Shown here one piece after another: positions 41,509-51,071 of a DNA stretch of 64,000 nt (position 1 is the first letter of the stretch; every line of letters starts with the position of its first letter). The notes under the pieces are model-generated. The model was not told where the DNA came from, ran no database searches, and saw only the letters and a list, made by a program, of their open reading frames with translations. The stretch spans positions 256,001-320,000 of the forward strand of contig CAVTHO010000005.1 of the NCBI GenBank assembly GCA_963734545.1. The letters are read 5' to 3'. The stretch is from an uncultured Spirochaetota bacterium. Lineage in GTDB: Bacteria > Spirochaetota > Spirochaetia > SZUA-6 > Fen-1364. The position numbers and the translations under genes are program-made.

Positions 41509-41599
41509 AATGGGCCCCTATTGTAATTGAGTATATCGTGAAGAAGCAGAGCCGACAAGCTAAAATGCGCGCCCTGCACGCAGCGTCAATGTGCCGCCG

Positions 41600-42403
41600 C
41601 TACGACGTGCCTTCGAGCTTTCCCGCACGCTCGGCCGCGATGTAGTTCATGCAGAACTGGTCTTTTCCCGCAAGTGCCTCTGCGGCGAAGATGTGGGCCA
41701 TGAGGTGCTGGTCCAGCGGATCGATGATGGCGGAGTCGAGCCCCCGGGCGATGGCCATGGCCATGAAGACCTGATTCACGAGCCTGCGTCGGGGGAGACC
41801 GTAAGAGACATTCGAAAGGCCGCAGGTCCTGTGCACATCAGGGTGCGCAAGGGAGATCTTTTCCATCAGCCACAACGCTCCCGATCCATATTCGCCATTC
41901 GTGCTCACCGGTCGGATCAGGGGATCGACGAATATGTGGTCGGGAACCACTCCGTCATCTTCCAGGCGTTTGATGAGCCGGTCCGCCACTTCCCAGACCT
42001 TGCCCATGTCGTCCGTCATGCCATTGTCGTCCATGCTCAAGGCAATCACCCGGGTGTGGAATCTCTTCACGAGAGGAATGAGTGTGGCGTAGCGCTCGGA
42101 TTCGGCGGAGATCGAATTGAGCAGGGGCTCCCTGCCGGCGCTCGAGAGCCCGGCCTCCACGGCAGCAGGACGGGGGGAATCGATGGACAGGGGGGCGTCG
42201 GTGACCTCCCGGATCACTGAAATCGACCAGAGGAGCTTTTCCACCTCGTCGTGAGGGAATGCCCCCGCGTTCACGTCGATCCAGTTGGCGCCGGCCTCGA
42301 CCTGCTTTTTCGCCAACCCCTGGATATAGGCGGCGTCCTTTTCCTCGATGGCTTTGCGGATCTGTTTCCGGGTGGAGTTGATGAGCTCTCCGATGATGAG
42401 CAC
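41600..42403 (-). CDS. Methyltetrahydrofolate:corrinoid methyltransferase (AcsE/pterin-binding family)
   Basis: IIGELINSTRK, IDVNAG, LSIDS, LNSIS, VDPL, GLSNVSYGLP, SAIIDP. Confidence 0.9.
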   Translation of the reverse strand: MLIIGELINSTRKQIRKAIEEKDAAYIQGLAKKQVEAGANWIDVNAGAFPHDEVEKLLWSISVIREVTDAPLSIDSPRPAAVEAGLSSAGREPLLNSISAESERYATLIPLVKRFHTRVIALSMDDNGMTDDMGKVWEVADRLIKRLEDDGVVPDHIFVDPLIRPVSTNGEYGSGALWLMEKISLAHPDVHRTCGLSNVSYGLPRRRLVNQVFMAMAIARGLDSAIIDPLDQHLMAHIFAAEALAGKDQFCMNYIAAERAGKLEGTS

Positions 42404-42449
42404 GGGGCACCTCTCTGACTCTGAGGGAGTTCTGCCTGGGACTGGCGGC

Positions 42450-42545
42450 ATGATAGGCGGGAACCCGGAGATGGTCAACGAGGGCATAGCGCGCCGATGG
42501 CCGGCGGTGTGTCCCATTGACCACTCCTCGATCTTCTCCTACACT
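42450..42545. promoter_or_regulatory. Divergent sigma70 promoters: TTGACC-17-TATCAT (minus, 42478-42450) and TTGACC-17-TACACT (plus, 42517-42545)
   Basis: Both have near-consensus boxes and 17-bp spacers. Confidence 0.6.
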
Positions 42546-42608
42546 GAGCAGGCATAATCACGTCATAAGATCTCACGGACAACTGTGAGGTTTTCGGGGG
42601 GTCTCGCT

Positions 42609-43772
42609 GTGGAAAACTTCGTCTTTCAGAACGCGACAAAGATCATCTTTGGCAGGGGAACAGAGGTCGAAACGGGCAGGGAATGCGCCCGATTCGGGAA
42701 GAAGGTCCTCCTCCACTACGGCGGCGGCAGCATCAAGAAGTCGGGCCTGTACGACCGCGTCTGCAAATCACTCAAGGAGGCCGGGGTCGCATACGTCGAG
42801 CTGGGAGGCGTCAAGCCCAATCCCCGGCTCAGCCTCGTACAGGAAGGGATCCGTATCTGCCGGGAGGGCAAGATCGAGCTTATTCTCGCTGTGGGCGGAG
42901 GAAGCGTCATCGATTCGGCCAAGGCGATTGCCATCGGCGTTCCCTACACGGGCGACGTGTGGGATTTCTACACAAAGAAAGTCCCCGTGAAGGAGATGCT
43001 TCCCGTCGGGGTGGTGCTCACCATTCCGGCGGCGGGAAGCGAATCGAGCAACGGCTCGGTCATCACGAACGAACAGGGCATGTTCAAGAAGGACGCGGGC
43101 GCGGAGTGCATGCGGCCGAAGTTCGCCGTCATGAATCCCGAGCTCACCTTCACGTTGCCGGCCTACCAGACCGCCTGCGGCGCGGCGGACATCATGGCCC
43201 ACGTCATGGAGAGGTATTTTACCAGGGTTTCAGCGGTGGATTTCACGGACAGGCTCTGCGAGGCGACCCTCAGGACGATCATCGAGAACGTGCCGGTAGC
43301 CCTTGCGCAGCCGGATGACTACGACGCCCGGGCCGAGATCATGTGGGCCAGCACCATCGCGCACAATGACCTGTTGAGCACCGGCCGGGTCGGGGACTGG
43401 GGCTCGCACATGATCGAGCACGAGCTGAGCGGCATCTACGATGTCGCGCACGGCGCGGGACTGGCCGTTGTGTTCCCGGCGTGGATGAAACACGTCTACA
43501 AGAACGACGTAAACCGCTTTGCCCGATTCGCCTCCCGCGTGTGGGGCGTGGAGCCGCGGTTTGACTGGCCGGAGCGGACTGCACTGGAGGGCATCGGCAG
43601 GACGAAGTCTTTCTTCCGTGACATCGGCCTTCCCACGACCCTCTCGGAGCTGGGCGTCAAGGACGACAGAATGGAAGAAATGGCCAGGAAGGCGACGGAG
43701 AGGGGTCCTCTGGGCAATTTCATCAAGCTGGGCGCCCGGGACGTGGTCTCGATCTACCGGCTCGCTCTCTAG
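42609..43772 (+). CDS. Iron-containing alcohol dehydrogenase (butanol dehydrogenase-like)
   Basis: AVGGGSVIDSAK, TIPAAGSES, DIMAHVME, HMIEHELS, HGAGLA. Confidence 0.93.
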   Translation: MENFVFQNATKIIFGRGTEVETGRECARFGKKVLLHYGGGSIKKSGLYDRVCKSLKEAGVAYVELGGVKPNPRLSLVQEGIRICREGKIELILAVGGGSVIDSAKAIAIGVPYTGDVWDFYTKKVPVKEMLPVGVVLTIPAAGSESSNGSVITNEQGMFKKDAGAECMRPKFAVMNPELTFTLPAYQTACGAADIMAHVMERYFTRVSAVDFTDRLCEATLRTIIENVPVALAQPDDYDARAEIMWASTIAHNDLLSTGRVGDWGSHMIEHELSGIYDVAHGAGLAVVFPAWMKHVYKNDVNRFARFASRVWGVEPRFDWPERTALEGIGRTKSFFRDIGLPTTLSELGVKDDRMEEMARKATERGPLGNFIKLGARDVVSIYRLAL

Positions 43773-43810
43773 GGCGAGCCTGCATCGATCGTGTCGGCGC
43801 GTGGAATCAA

Positions 43811-44675
43811 ATGAAAATGCGAGCCCTGGGCCCTGCCCTGTTCGGTCTTCTGCTCCTGCAGGCGTGTACGATCCAGACATTCGCCCTTCGTTCACTGGAT
43901 AACCTTTTCGACAACACGGTCGCATCGTTCATGGAGGAAGGGGATCTTCGGCCTGGCCGAGCAGGGAATTGCCGGCAACCTGAAGCTGCTGGATGGCGTC
44001 GTGAAGAGCGATCCGGAAAACGACAAGTTCCTGCTTCTGGCGTGCCAGGGATATGCCTCCTATGCGCTGGCGTTTGCCGAGAACAGCCCCGAACGCGCGC
44101 TCGCGTTCTACACGCGCGCACGGGCGTATGGCGCCCGCGGGCTGGAAATCCTCGGCGTTCCGCAGAAGGTCTTCACATCCGACGGACCGGCCATGCGCCA
44201 GGCGCTCGCAAGGCTGGATCGGAGCGATGTGCCGCTCGTTTTCTGGACAGCCAGTGCATGGGGGAGCGCCGTGATACTGCAACTGGCGGATCCGGACGCC
44301 ATCGCCGGCCTCCCGAGCATCAACGCGATGATGGAATGGGTGAAAGAGAAAGACCCGACCTACTATTACGGCGGTCCCTACCTGTACTTCGGCATGTACT
44401 ACGGCAGTTTCCCTCCCCTGCTGGGCGGCAGGCCTGACCTGGCAAAGGAGAACTTCGAGCGTGCCATTACCGCGGGCGGCGGCAGGTTCCTGATGACCTA
44501 CGTTTTCTATGCAAAAACCTACGCAGTGGAAACGCAGGATGAGCGCCTGTTCGAGGACCTTCTCAAGCATGTTATCGACGCTTCCGCAGATGTGCTTCCC
44601 GAGCAGCGCCTGGCGAATACCGTGGCAAAGAAGCGGGCGCAGGAAGCGCTGGCCCGCAAGGGCGACTACTTCTGA
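43811..44675 (+). CDS. tatT: TRAP transporter TatT lipoprotein component, frameshift near 43950
   Basis: Lipobox LQAC; LAEQGIAGNLKLLDG in another frame; YYGSFPPLLGG, LANTVAKKRA. Confidence 0.85.
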
Positions 44676-44694
44676 TGAAGAAGCCCGACAGGAG

Positions 44695-45708
44695 ATGCCT
44701 TTGAAACGCTTTTTCCTTCTCATCAGCCTCTCGCTCGTCTTCGTTCTGCACGTTCCCGCCCAGCAGTACACGATCAAGTTCGCCACGCTGGCACCCGAAG
44801 GCAGTACCTGGTTGAAGGTCATGAGAGACTTCGACAAGGCCGTCCGGCAGGACAGCGGCGGACGCCTCGGGTTCAAGTTGTACCCCGGCGGCGTGGCCGG
44901 AGACGAGAAAGACGTCATTCGGAAAATCCGTCTGGGCCAGTACAATGGAGGGGGATTTACCGGTATCGGAATCGGAGAGATAGCGAAGAAAGTCCGCATC
45001 CTGGACGCACCGCTTCTATTCCGAAGCTACGATGAGGTGGACTACATCATCCAGAAATATCAAAAGGATTTTGAGCAGGCCCTGGAGGAGGGGGGGTTCG
45101 TCCTTCTCGGCTGGGCGGAAGTCGGTTTTGTCTATGTCTACTCCGACAGGCTCCTCTCTTCGCTCGAGGATCTGAAAAACGCCAAGGCCTGGATGTGGGA
45201 GGGGGATCCCATTGCGCAGGCCGCATATCACGCCATCGGGGTTTCCCCCGTGCCTCTCTCCGTCACTGACGTCATGAGCTCCCTGCAGACGGGAATGATC
45301 AATGCGGTCTACAGCTCCCCCTACGCTCTCATCGCGCTGCAGTGGTTCACCCGGGTAGGCTTTGCTTCTACCCAGCCTCTCGCGGACGCGCTGGGAGCCG
45401 CAATCGTCTCGAAGAAGCTGTTCGATTCCCTGCCTGACGACCTGAAGACACTGCTTCTGGCCGATGCGCGGAAGTACATCGGTCAGCTGACCCCCTCCAG
45501 CCGCCAGGACAATGCAAAAGCGATCCAGACGCTCAAGGGGAGAGGCATGGTATTCACCCAGCCGACGAAGGACCTCGCGGCGAGATCGGAGGCGCTGGGC
45601 GCGGAAGCACGAAGACTTCTCGTGGGGAAACTGTTCACAAAGGAGTTCCTCGAAGAAGTGGAAGGGGCGCTCGGGAGCTTCCGACAGGACCACGCATCCG
45701 CCCGGTGA
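44695..45708 (+). CDS. dctP: TRAP substrate-binding protein
   Basis: IKFATLAPEGSTW, YPGGVAGDE, SLQTGMI. Confidence 0.92.
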   Translation: MPLKRFFLLISLSLVFVLHVPAQQYTIKFATLAPEGSTWLKVMRDFDKAVRQDSGGRLGFKLYPGGVAGDEKDVIRKIRLGQYNGGGFTGIGIGEIAKKVRILDAPLLFRSYDEVDYIIQKYQKDFEQALEEGGFVLLGWAEVGFVYVYSDRLLSSLEDLKNAKAWMWEGDPIAQAAYHAIGVSPVPLSVTDVMSSLQTGMINAVYSSPYALIALQWFTRVGFASTQPLADALGAAIVSKKLFDSLPDDLKTLLLADARKYIGQLTPSSRQDNAKAIQTLKGRGMVFTQPTKDLAARSEALGAEARRLLVGKLFTKEFLEEVEGALGSFRQDHASAR

Positions 45709-46211
45709 AAATCATTCGCCAGACAGATCGCGTTTTGACGGCGATCGTGACGGTCATCCTCATCTGCGCCTTCTCTGTCATGCTCGGGCTCGCCTTTCTC
45801 CAGTTGTTCCTCCGGGGCACGCTTCATACGGGGATCGTCTGGGGTGACGTCGCGGCCCGGCAGCTCGTGATCTGGGTCGGTTTTTTCGGGGCGTATCTCG
45901 CCGCTCGTTCCCGCAGGCATTTTCACATCGATGTCCTGACCCGTTTCCTCGGTCCGCGTCTTCGCCTCTGGTTCGACGCATTCTCGGATCTCTTCTCCGC
46001 GCTCATCTGCTTCTTTCTGGTGATTGCGAGCCGGACCTTTGTCGCCGTCGGGCTGGATGCGAGCGCCACCCTGTTCCTCGGTATTCCCCAGACAGCGGCG
46101 GCCGCAATCGTGCCGGCAGGCTTCGGACTCATCGCGGTCCAGTTCCTGCTGAGAACGCTGGAGGGTCTGGCGACGGCGATCCGGGGCGTGCCGCCCGGGA
46201 AGGCCGGCTGA
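45705..46211 (+). CDS. dctQ: TRAP small permease
   Basis: 4 TM, WVGFFGA...HFHID; position in the operon. Confidence 0.88.
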   Translation: MKIIRQTDRVLTAIVTVILICAFSVMLGLAFLQLFLRGTLHTGIVWGDVAARQLVIWVGFFGAYLAARSRRHFHIDVLTRFLGPRLRLWFDAFSDLFSALICFFLVIASRTFVAVGLDASATLFLGIPQTAAAAIVPAGFGLIAVQFLLRTLEGLATAIRGVPPGKAG

Positions 46212-47479
46212 TGACGACGTGGCTCCTGGTCGCTGCCCTCGTCCTGCTGGCCCTCGCGGGCGCCCCCCTTTTTGCGATCATTGCCGCCATCGGCCTCCTC
46301 GCCTTCAGCGCGGTGGGCATAGACCCGGCCGCGCTCATCGCCGAGCTCTACCGTCTCGTCGACTTCCCCGCATTGATCGCTATCCCCCTGTTCACCTTTG
46401 CCGGTTTTGTGCTCGCGGAAAGCCAGGCGCCGCGGCGGCTCATCGCCCTTGCGCAGGCAGTGTTCGGCTGGGTGCCGGGCGGTCTGGGCGTGGTGGCGGT
46501 ATTCGCCACGGCCGTTTTCACCGCCTTTACCGGCGCGTCCGGAGTCACGATCATCGCGCTTGGCGGGCTGCTTTACCCGGCCCTGATCCAGCAGGGCTAT
46601 CCCAAGCGGTTTTCTCTCGGGCTCATGACCACCTCGGGGAGCCTTGGCCTGCTCTTCCCCCCCTCGCTGCCCATCATCCTGTACAGCATCGTGGCCGGTA
46701 TCAGCATCGACAAGCTGTTCGTCGCCGGTCTCGTCCCCGGTATCCTTCTCGTGGTCATCCTCTCGGCATACAGCATCCGCATGGGGATCGTGGCAAATGT
46801 GCCGCGGACGCCCCTGGTCATGAAAGGGGTGTGGCGCGCGCTGAAGGAAGCGGTGTGGGAAGCCCCCCTGCCGCTGATAGTGATCGGCGGGATCTACGGC
46901 GGCCTCTTCACCGCCACCGAGGCGGCAGCCGTGACCGCGGTTTATGTTCTGGTGGTGGAGGTTTTCATCCGCCGCGACATCTCGTTCTTCGGCGGGCTTC
47001 CGAAGGTGATCAAGGAGAGCATGATCCTGGTCGGCGCCATCCTCATCATGCTCGGGGCGGCCATGGGCCTGACCAGCTATATCATCGATCAGCAGATCCC
47101 GATGAAGCTGTTCGCGTTCATCAGCCACTACGTGAGCAGCAAGCTCGTCTTCCTCATCGTTCTGAACCTCTTCATCCTGGTGATGAACATGGTGGAGATA
47201 TTCTCCGCGATCATCATCGTGGTTCCGATCATCGTCCCGGTGGCGCTTCGCTTCGGCGTGGACCCGGTCCACCTTGGCGTCATATTCCTGCTGAATCTCG
47301 AGATCGGCTACATGACCCCGCCGCTCGGTTTGAATCTTTTCCTTTCGAGCATCCGCTTCAACAAACCGCTTTCCGAGGTATACCGGACAGTGCTGCCATT
47401 CTTCGCCCTGCTCCTGGTCGTGCTGCTGGTGATCACGTACTTCCCGCAGCTCAGCCTGGTGCTGACCGGAGGAGGTTGA
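46211..47479 (+). CDS. dctM: TRAP large permease
   Basis: AIPLFTFAG, GSLGLLFPPS, TATEAAA, TPPLGLNLF. Confidence 0.93.
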   Translation: MTTWLLVAALVLLALAGAPLFAIIAAIGLLAFSAVGIDPAALIAELYRLVDFPALIAIPLFTFAGFVLAESQAPRRLIALAQAVFGWVPGGLGVVAVFATAVFTAFTGASGVTIIALGGLLYPALIQQGYPKRFSLGLMTTSGSLGLLFPPSLPIILYSIVAGISIDKLFVAGLVPGILLVVILSAYSIRMGIVANVPRTPLVMKGVWRALKEAVWEAPLPLIVIGGIYGGLFTATEAAAVTAVYVLVVEVFIRRDISFFGGLPKVIKESMILVGAILIMLGAAMGLTSYIIDQQIPMKLFAFISHYVSSKLVFLIVLNLFILVMNMVEIFSAIIIVVPIIVPVALRFGVDPVHLGVIFLLNLEIGYMTPPLGLNLFLSSIRFNKPLSEVYRTVLPFFALLLVVLLVITYFPQLSLVLTGGG

Positions 47480-47500
47480 GCGGGGGAAGCGAGGGGGGGG

Positions 47501-48748
47501 TCAGCGCCGGCCGTCGAACGAGTATCCGATCTCCTGGAACTTCGCGCGAAACTCGGTCACTTCGTCACCGACGAACTTCTTCTCCATGAGGCATCGCCTG
47601 AAAAGCTCGGCAATGCGCTCCATCTCCGGCTCCTTCATGCCGACCCGGGTCATCTCCTGCACGCCGAGACGGATCCCGGCAGGGTTGGTCACCCGGTCCA
47701 GGGGCTCGTGGGGGAGAAGATTCATGTTCGCGATGATCCGGTTGTCCTTCAGCGTCAGTGCGGCCGAGGCCCCGCCGCCGAAATCGGACATGTCGATCGC
47801 CACCTGGTGACTCTCGGTGAATCCGAACTGTTCTGCCGCGACCTTGAAGCCGAGGTCGAACAGCTTGCGGGCGAAGTGTTTCGCATTCGCCACGGTCTGC
47901 CGCGCGTACTCCTCGCCGAACTCCATCATCTCGTACGTGGCGAACGTGAGCGCCACGAGTGTTTCCAGGTGGTGATTGGAGGACGAACCCGGGAAAGCTC
48001 CCTTGTCGATCTTGCGCCATTCATCGTCGTCCAGGTTGGAGAGGATCACCCCCCGTTGAGAACCGAAAAAAGTCTTGTGCGTGCTTGCCGTCACGAGGGG
48101 CGCGCCCTCCGCGAGAGGGTCCTGGAACTGGTGACCCGCGATGAGCCCCAGCACGTGGGCCGCGTCATAGATGAGGTGGATTCCCCTCCTCTTGCAGAAA
48201 GGAGCGATCTCCTTCACCGGTTCGGGAAACAGGAAAAGGCTCTTGCCCATGATCATGATTTTGGGCTCCAGTGCCTTCATGAGATCCAGTGTGTGCTCCA
48301 CGTCAATGTGCCAGCCGTCCGCCGTGAGGGGAAAGTTCACTATGTTCTTCGTGTATTTTCCCACGGAGCCCGCCCGGTGGTGGCTGATGTGGCCGCCCCC
48401 CGGCGTGGAGTTGACCATGACCACATCCCCCGGGCGTATGTAGCGGCTGAACACCGCGTCGTTGGCGATTGTCCCGCTGATGGGGCGCACGTCGGTGTGC
48501 CGGCAGCGAAAGAGGCCCTTCATCTGCTGCTTGAGCAGGCTCTCGATTTCGTCGATGATTTCCGTGCCCTGGTAGTAGCGCTCACCGGGATGACCTTCGG
48601 CGTAGCGGTGGGCGAAGTCCGAGCCCATGAGCCCCCGCACGCGGCGGCTGGTCACATTCTCACTGGCAATCAGGTTGAGGCATGTCTCCCGCCAGCTGTT
48701 CTGGTCTCTTACCAGCGCCTCGATGTGAGACGCGTTCCTCTCGTTCAT
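47501..48748 (-). CDS. glyA: Serine hydroxymethyltransferase (archaeal-type sequence)
   Basis: LNLIASEN, YAEGHPGERYYQG, GGHISH, YDAAHVLGLIAG, STHKTF. Confidence 0.92.
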   Translation of the reverse strand: MNERNASHIEALVRDQNSWRETCLNLIASENVTSRRVRGLMGSDFAHRYAEGHPGERYYQGTEIIDEIESLLKQQMKGLFRCRHTDVRPISGTIANDAVFSRYIRPGDVVMVNSTPGGGHISHHRAGSVGKYTKNIVNFPLTADGWHIDVEHTLDLMKALEPKIMIMGKSLFLFPEPVKEIAPFCKRRGIHLIYDAAHVLGLIAGHQFQDPLAEGAPLVTASTHKTFFGSQRGVILSNLDDDEWRKIDKGAFPGSSSNHHLETLVALTFATYEMMEFGEEYARQTVANAKHFARKLFDLGFKVAAEQFGFTESHQVAIDMSDFGGGASAALTLKDNRIIANMNLLPHEPLDRVTNPAGIRLGVQEMTRVGMKEPEMERIAELFRRCLMEKKFVGDEVTEFRAKFQEIGYSFDGRR

Positions 48749-48765
48749 TGCCGTTCCTTTCGATC

Positions 48766-48819
48766 CATCCGCGACCTGCGGGTTTCATCCGCGACCTTGC
48801 GCACCTGCGGGTCTCATCC
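48766..48819. repeat. Short interleaved direct repeats upstream of glyA
   Basis: catccgcgacct x2 and acctgcgggt(t/c)tcatcc x2. Confidence 0.6.
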
Positions 48820-48827
48820 TGCACTAC

Positions 48828-49788
48828 TCACAGCGCAGCCAGATATTCGTAGATCCTGTCGTCGACGCCCGGAAGCGATTCATGCGCGAAATCAGGGTAG
48901 ATCACCAGATTCTTCCTGCACGTCATTCTATTATATGCGGCAAACTGGGAAGAGGGAGGGCAGACCTCGTCCATGAGACCGACCGCCATGCACGTGTCCG
49001 CGGTGACCCGGGAGGCGAGGTGCTGCACGTCGACATAGCCCAGGGTCGTGAACACCTCTTTCTCCCGCTCGTGCAGCGGATCGAATGCCCGGAAGTACCA
49101 CGCAAGCTCCTCGTATGCCGCGTACGGCGAGATCCATCTCCCAGACCCTGAGGTAGTCCGAAAGGAAGGGAAAGACGGGAAACGCGCGGCGCACGCGCGG
49201 CTCGAGTGCGGCACATGCGATTGTCAGCCCACCCCCCTGCGAGCCGCCCGTTGCGCCGACCCTGTCCGGGTCCACGTCAGGCATGTCCATGACGATTCGG
49301 GCGAGCTCCGCGGTATCCAGAAAGACGTGGCGGAAGAGCAGGTTGTCCGGTGTATCGTCAAGCCCGCGGATGATGTGCCCGCGAAGCGTTGTGCCCTTCA
49401 CCCCGCCGGTGTCCTCCGAGAGGCCGCCTTGGCCGCGGCAGTCCAGTGCGGCCACGGAAAAGCCCAGGGCCGCCCATTTCAGCTTTTCCGACCACTCTCC
49501 GCTGTTCACCGAATAGCCGTGGAACTGGAGCACAGCGGGATGTTTTCCCCTGGGCCGGGCGGGCCGTACGTACTTTGCGTGAATGCGCGCGCCGCGCACG
49601 CCGGTGAAATACATGTCGAAGCATTCGGCGTAAGGGGCGTTCATGGCGTGGGGAACGAGCTCGACCATGGGGTCGGTGGCGTGCATTTCCGCAAGAGCCC
49701 GGTCCCAGTACGAATCGTGATCGGCCGGTCGGGGATTTCTCCCCGTGTACTGCTTCAACTCGTGAAGAGGCATGTCAATGAGCGGCAC
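48828..49788 (-). CDS. Acetyl xylan esterase / cephalosporin-C deacetylase (CE7), frameshift near 49120
   Basis: RGQGG, GGSQGGG nucleophile; DEVCPPSSQFAAYN and AHE in the second frame. Confidence 0.88.
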
Positions 49789-49811
49789 GGATAGCCCCTC
49801 TCATTCGTGCA

Positions 49812-51071
49812 TCAATGCTTGAAGCATCTCTGCCCCGTGTAGACCATGGCGACACCGCTCTCGTTGCAGGCTTCGATGGACTCGAAGTCCCTCTCCGACC
49901 CGCCGGGCTGGACTATGGCGGTCACCCCCTCACGAATTCCGGTATCCACGCCGTCGCGAAAAGGAAAAAACCCGTCGGACACCATGCACGAGCCTTCGAT
50001 GCCCCCCTTCTGGCGTGCAACTTCCCGATCAACCTCCTGCCGCGCTTCGGCTTTCTCAAGACCGGTGTACGGGACATGGAAGGTCTCGAATGATATCCGG
50101 TCCGCCAGCTTTCGATAGGCCTTGTCCCGGGCGATTTCCGCAACCCCGACCCTGTCCTGCTCTCCGGTGCCGATCCCCACCGTGGCCCCGTCCTTGACGT
50201 AGATCACCGAGTTGCTCGTGATGCCGGTTTCCACCAGCCAGCCGAAAAGCAGGTCTTCGAGCTCTGCTTCGGTGGGAAGACGCGCAATCCGGTACTCTTT
50301 CCCCTTGTACGAGGCCTGCGCAGGAAGGAAATCCGCCGTGCGAAGGGTCTTCGGCACGAATGGGGTCTGCAGAATGACGCCGCCGTCGATGAGGCTCTTG
50401 AAATCGACATAGGGAGCGCCTACAAACGATCCCAGCCGCGCCATTGCCCCTATGCGCATGACCCGGAGGTTCTTCCACTTCGCAAAGAGCTCCGCGACGC
50501 CGGGCGCAAACTCGGGCGCCACAATCACCTCGGCATAAGTCTCCGCGACGAGCTCGGCCGTCTCCCGATCCACTTCTCGATTCAGGGCAATTGCCCCTCC
50601 AAAGGCGGCCAACCGGTCAGCCATGTGCGCCTTGTGGTAGGCCTCGGCGGGTGTTCCGCCCTTTGCGGCACCGCAGGGATTGTTGTGCTTCACGATGACG
50701 GCAAAAGGGGTATCGTCGAAGTAGCGCAGGATGTTCAGCGCATTGTCCACGTCCGTGATGTTGATCTTCCCCGGATGCTTTCCCGACTGCAGCAATTCCA
50801 CGTCCGACGCAAGGTGCCGGCCCGGCTGCACAGTCATCACGTTGGCAAGTGCGAGGTTGCCGTTCACCAGCCTGTACAGCGCCGCTTCCTGGCCCGGGTT
50901 CTCCCCGTAGCGCAGTCCCTTTTCCTCGCCGGAGATGACCCACGTTGCCTTTTCATAGAAGAGGGTCTGCCGCCCGCTCTCATCGATGAAGCTGATTTCC
51001 ATCCTGTCAGGAAAGTGATCTTCCATCATGCGCTTGTAGGCGCTCTTGAAATCCGGCCCCGGCACGCTCAC
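49812..51071 (-). CDS. purH: AICAR transformylase half of a split PurH
   Basis: LRYGENPGQ, VKHNNPCG, AFGG, SNSV, SDGFFPFRDG, QPGGS, RCFKH. Confidence 0.9.
   Translation of the reverse strand: MSVPGPDFKSAYKRMMEDHFPDRMEISFIDESGRQTLFYEKATWVISGEEKGLRYGENPGQEAALYRLVNGNLALANVMTVQPGRHLASDVELLQSGKHPGKINITDVDNALNILRYFDDTPFAVIVKHNNPCGAAKGGTPAEAYHKAHMADRLAAFGGAIALNREVDRETAELVAETYAEVIVAPEFAPGVAELFAKWKNLRVMRIGAMARLGSFVGAPYVDFKSLIDGGVILQTPFVPKTLRTADFLPAQASYKGKEYRIARLPTEAELEDLLFGWLVETGITSNSVIYVKDGATVGIGTGEQDRVGVAEIARDKAYRKLADRISFETFHVPYTGLEKAEARQEVDREVARQKGGIEGSCMVSDGFFPFRDGVDTGIREGVTAIVQPGGSERDFESIEACNESGVAMVYTGQRCFKH

Noticed and set aside
48749-48827. ZTP (pfl) riboswitch upstream of glyA or purH
   Set aside because: No GACUGGCG or GCCUGGGC core, and the spacer is too short.
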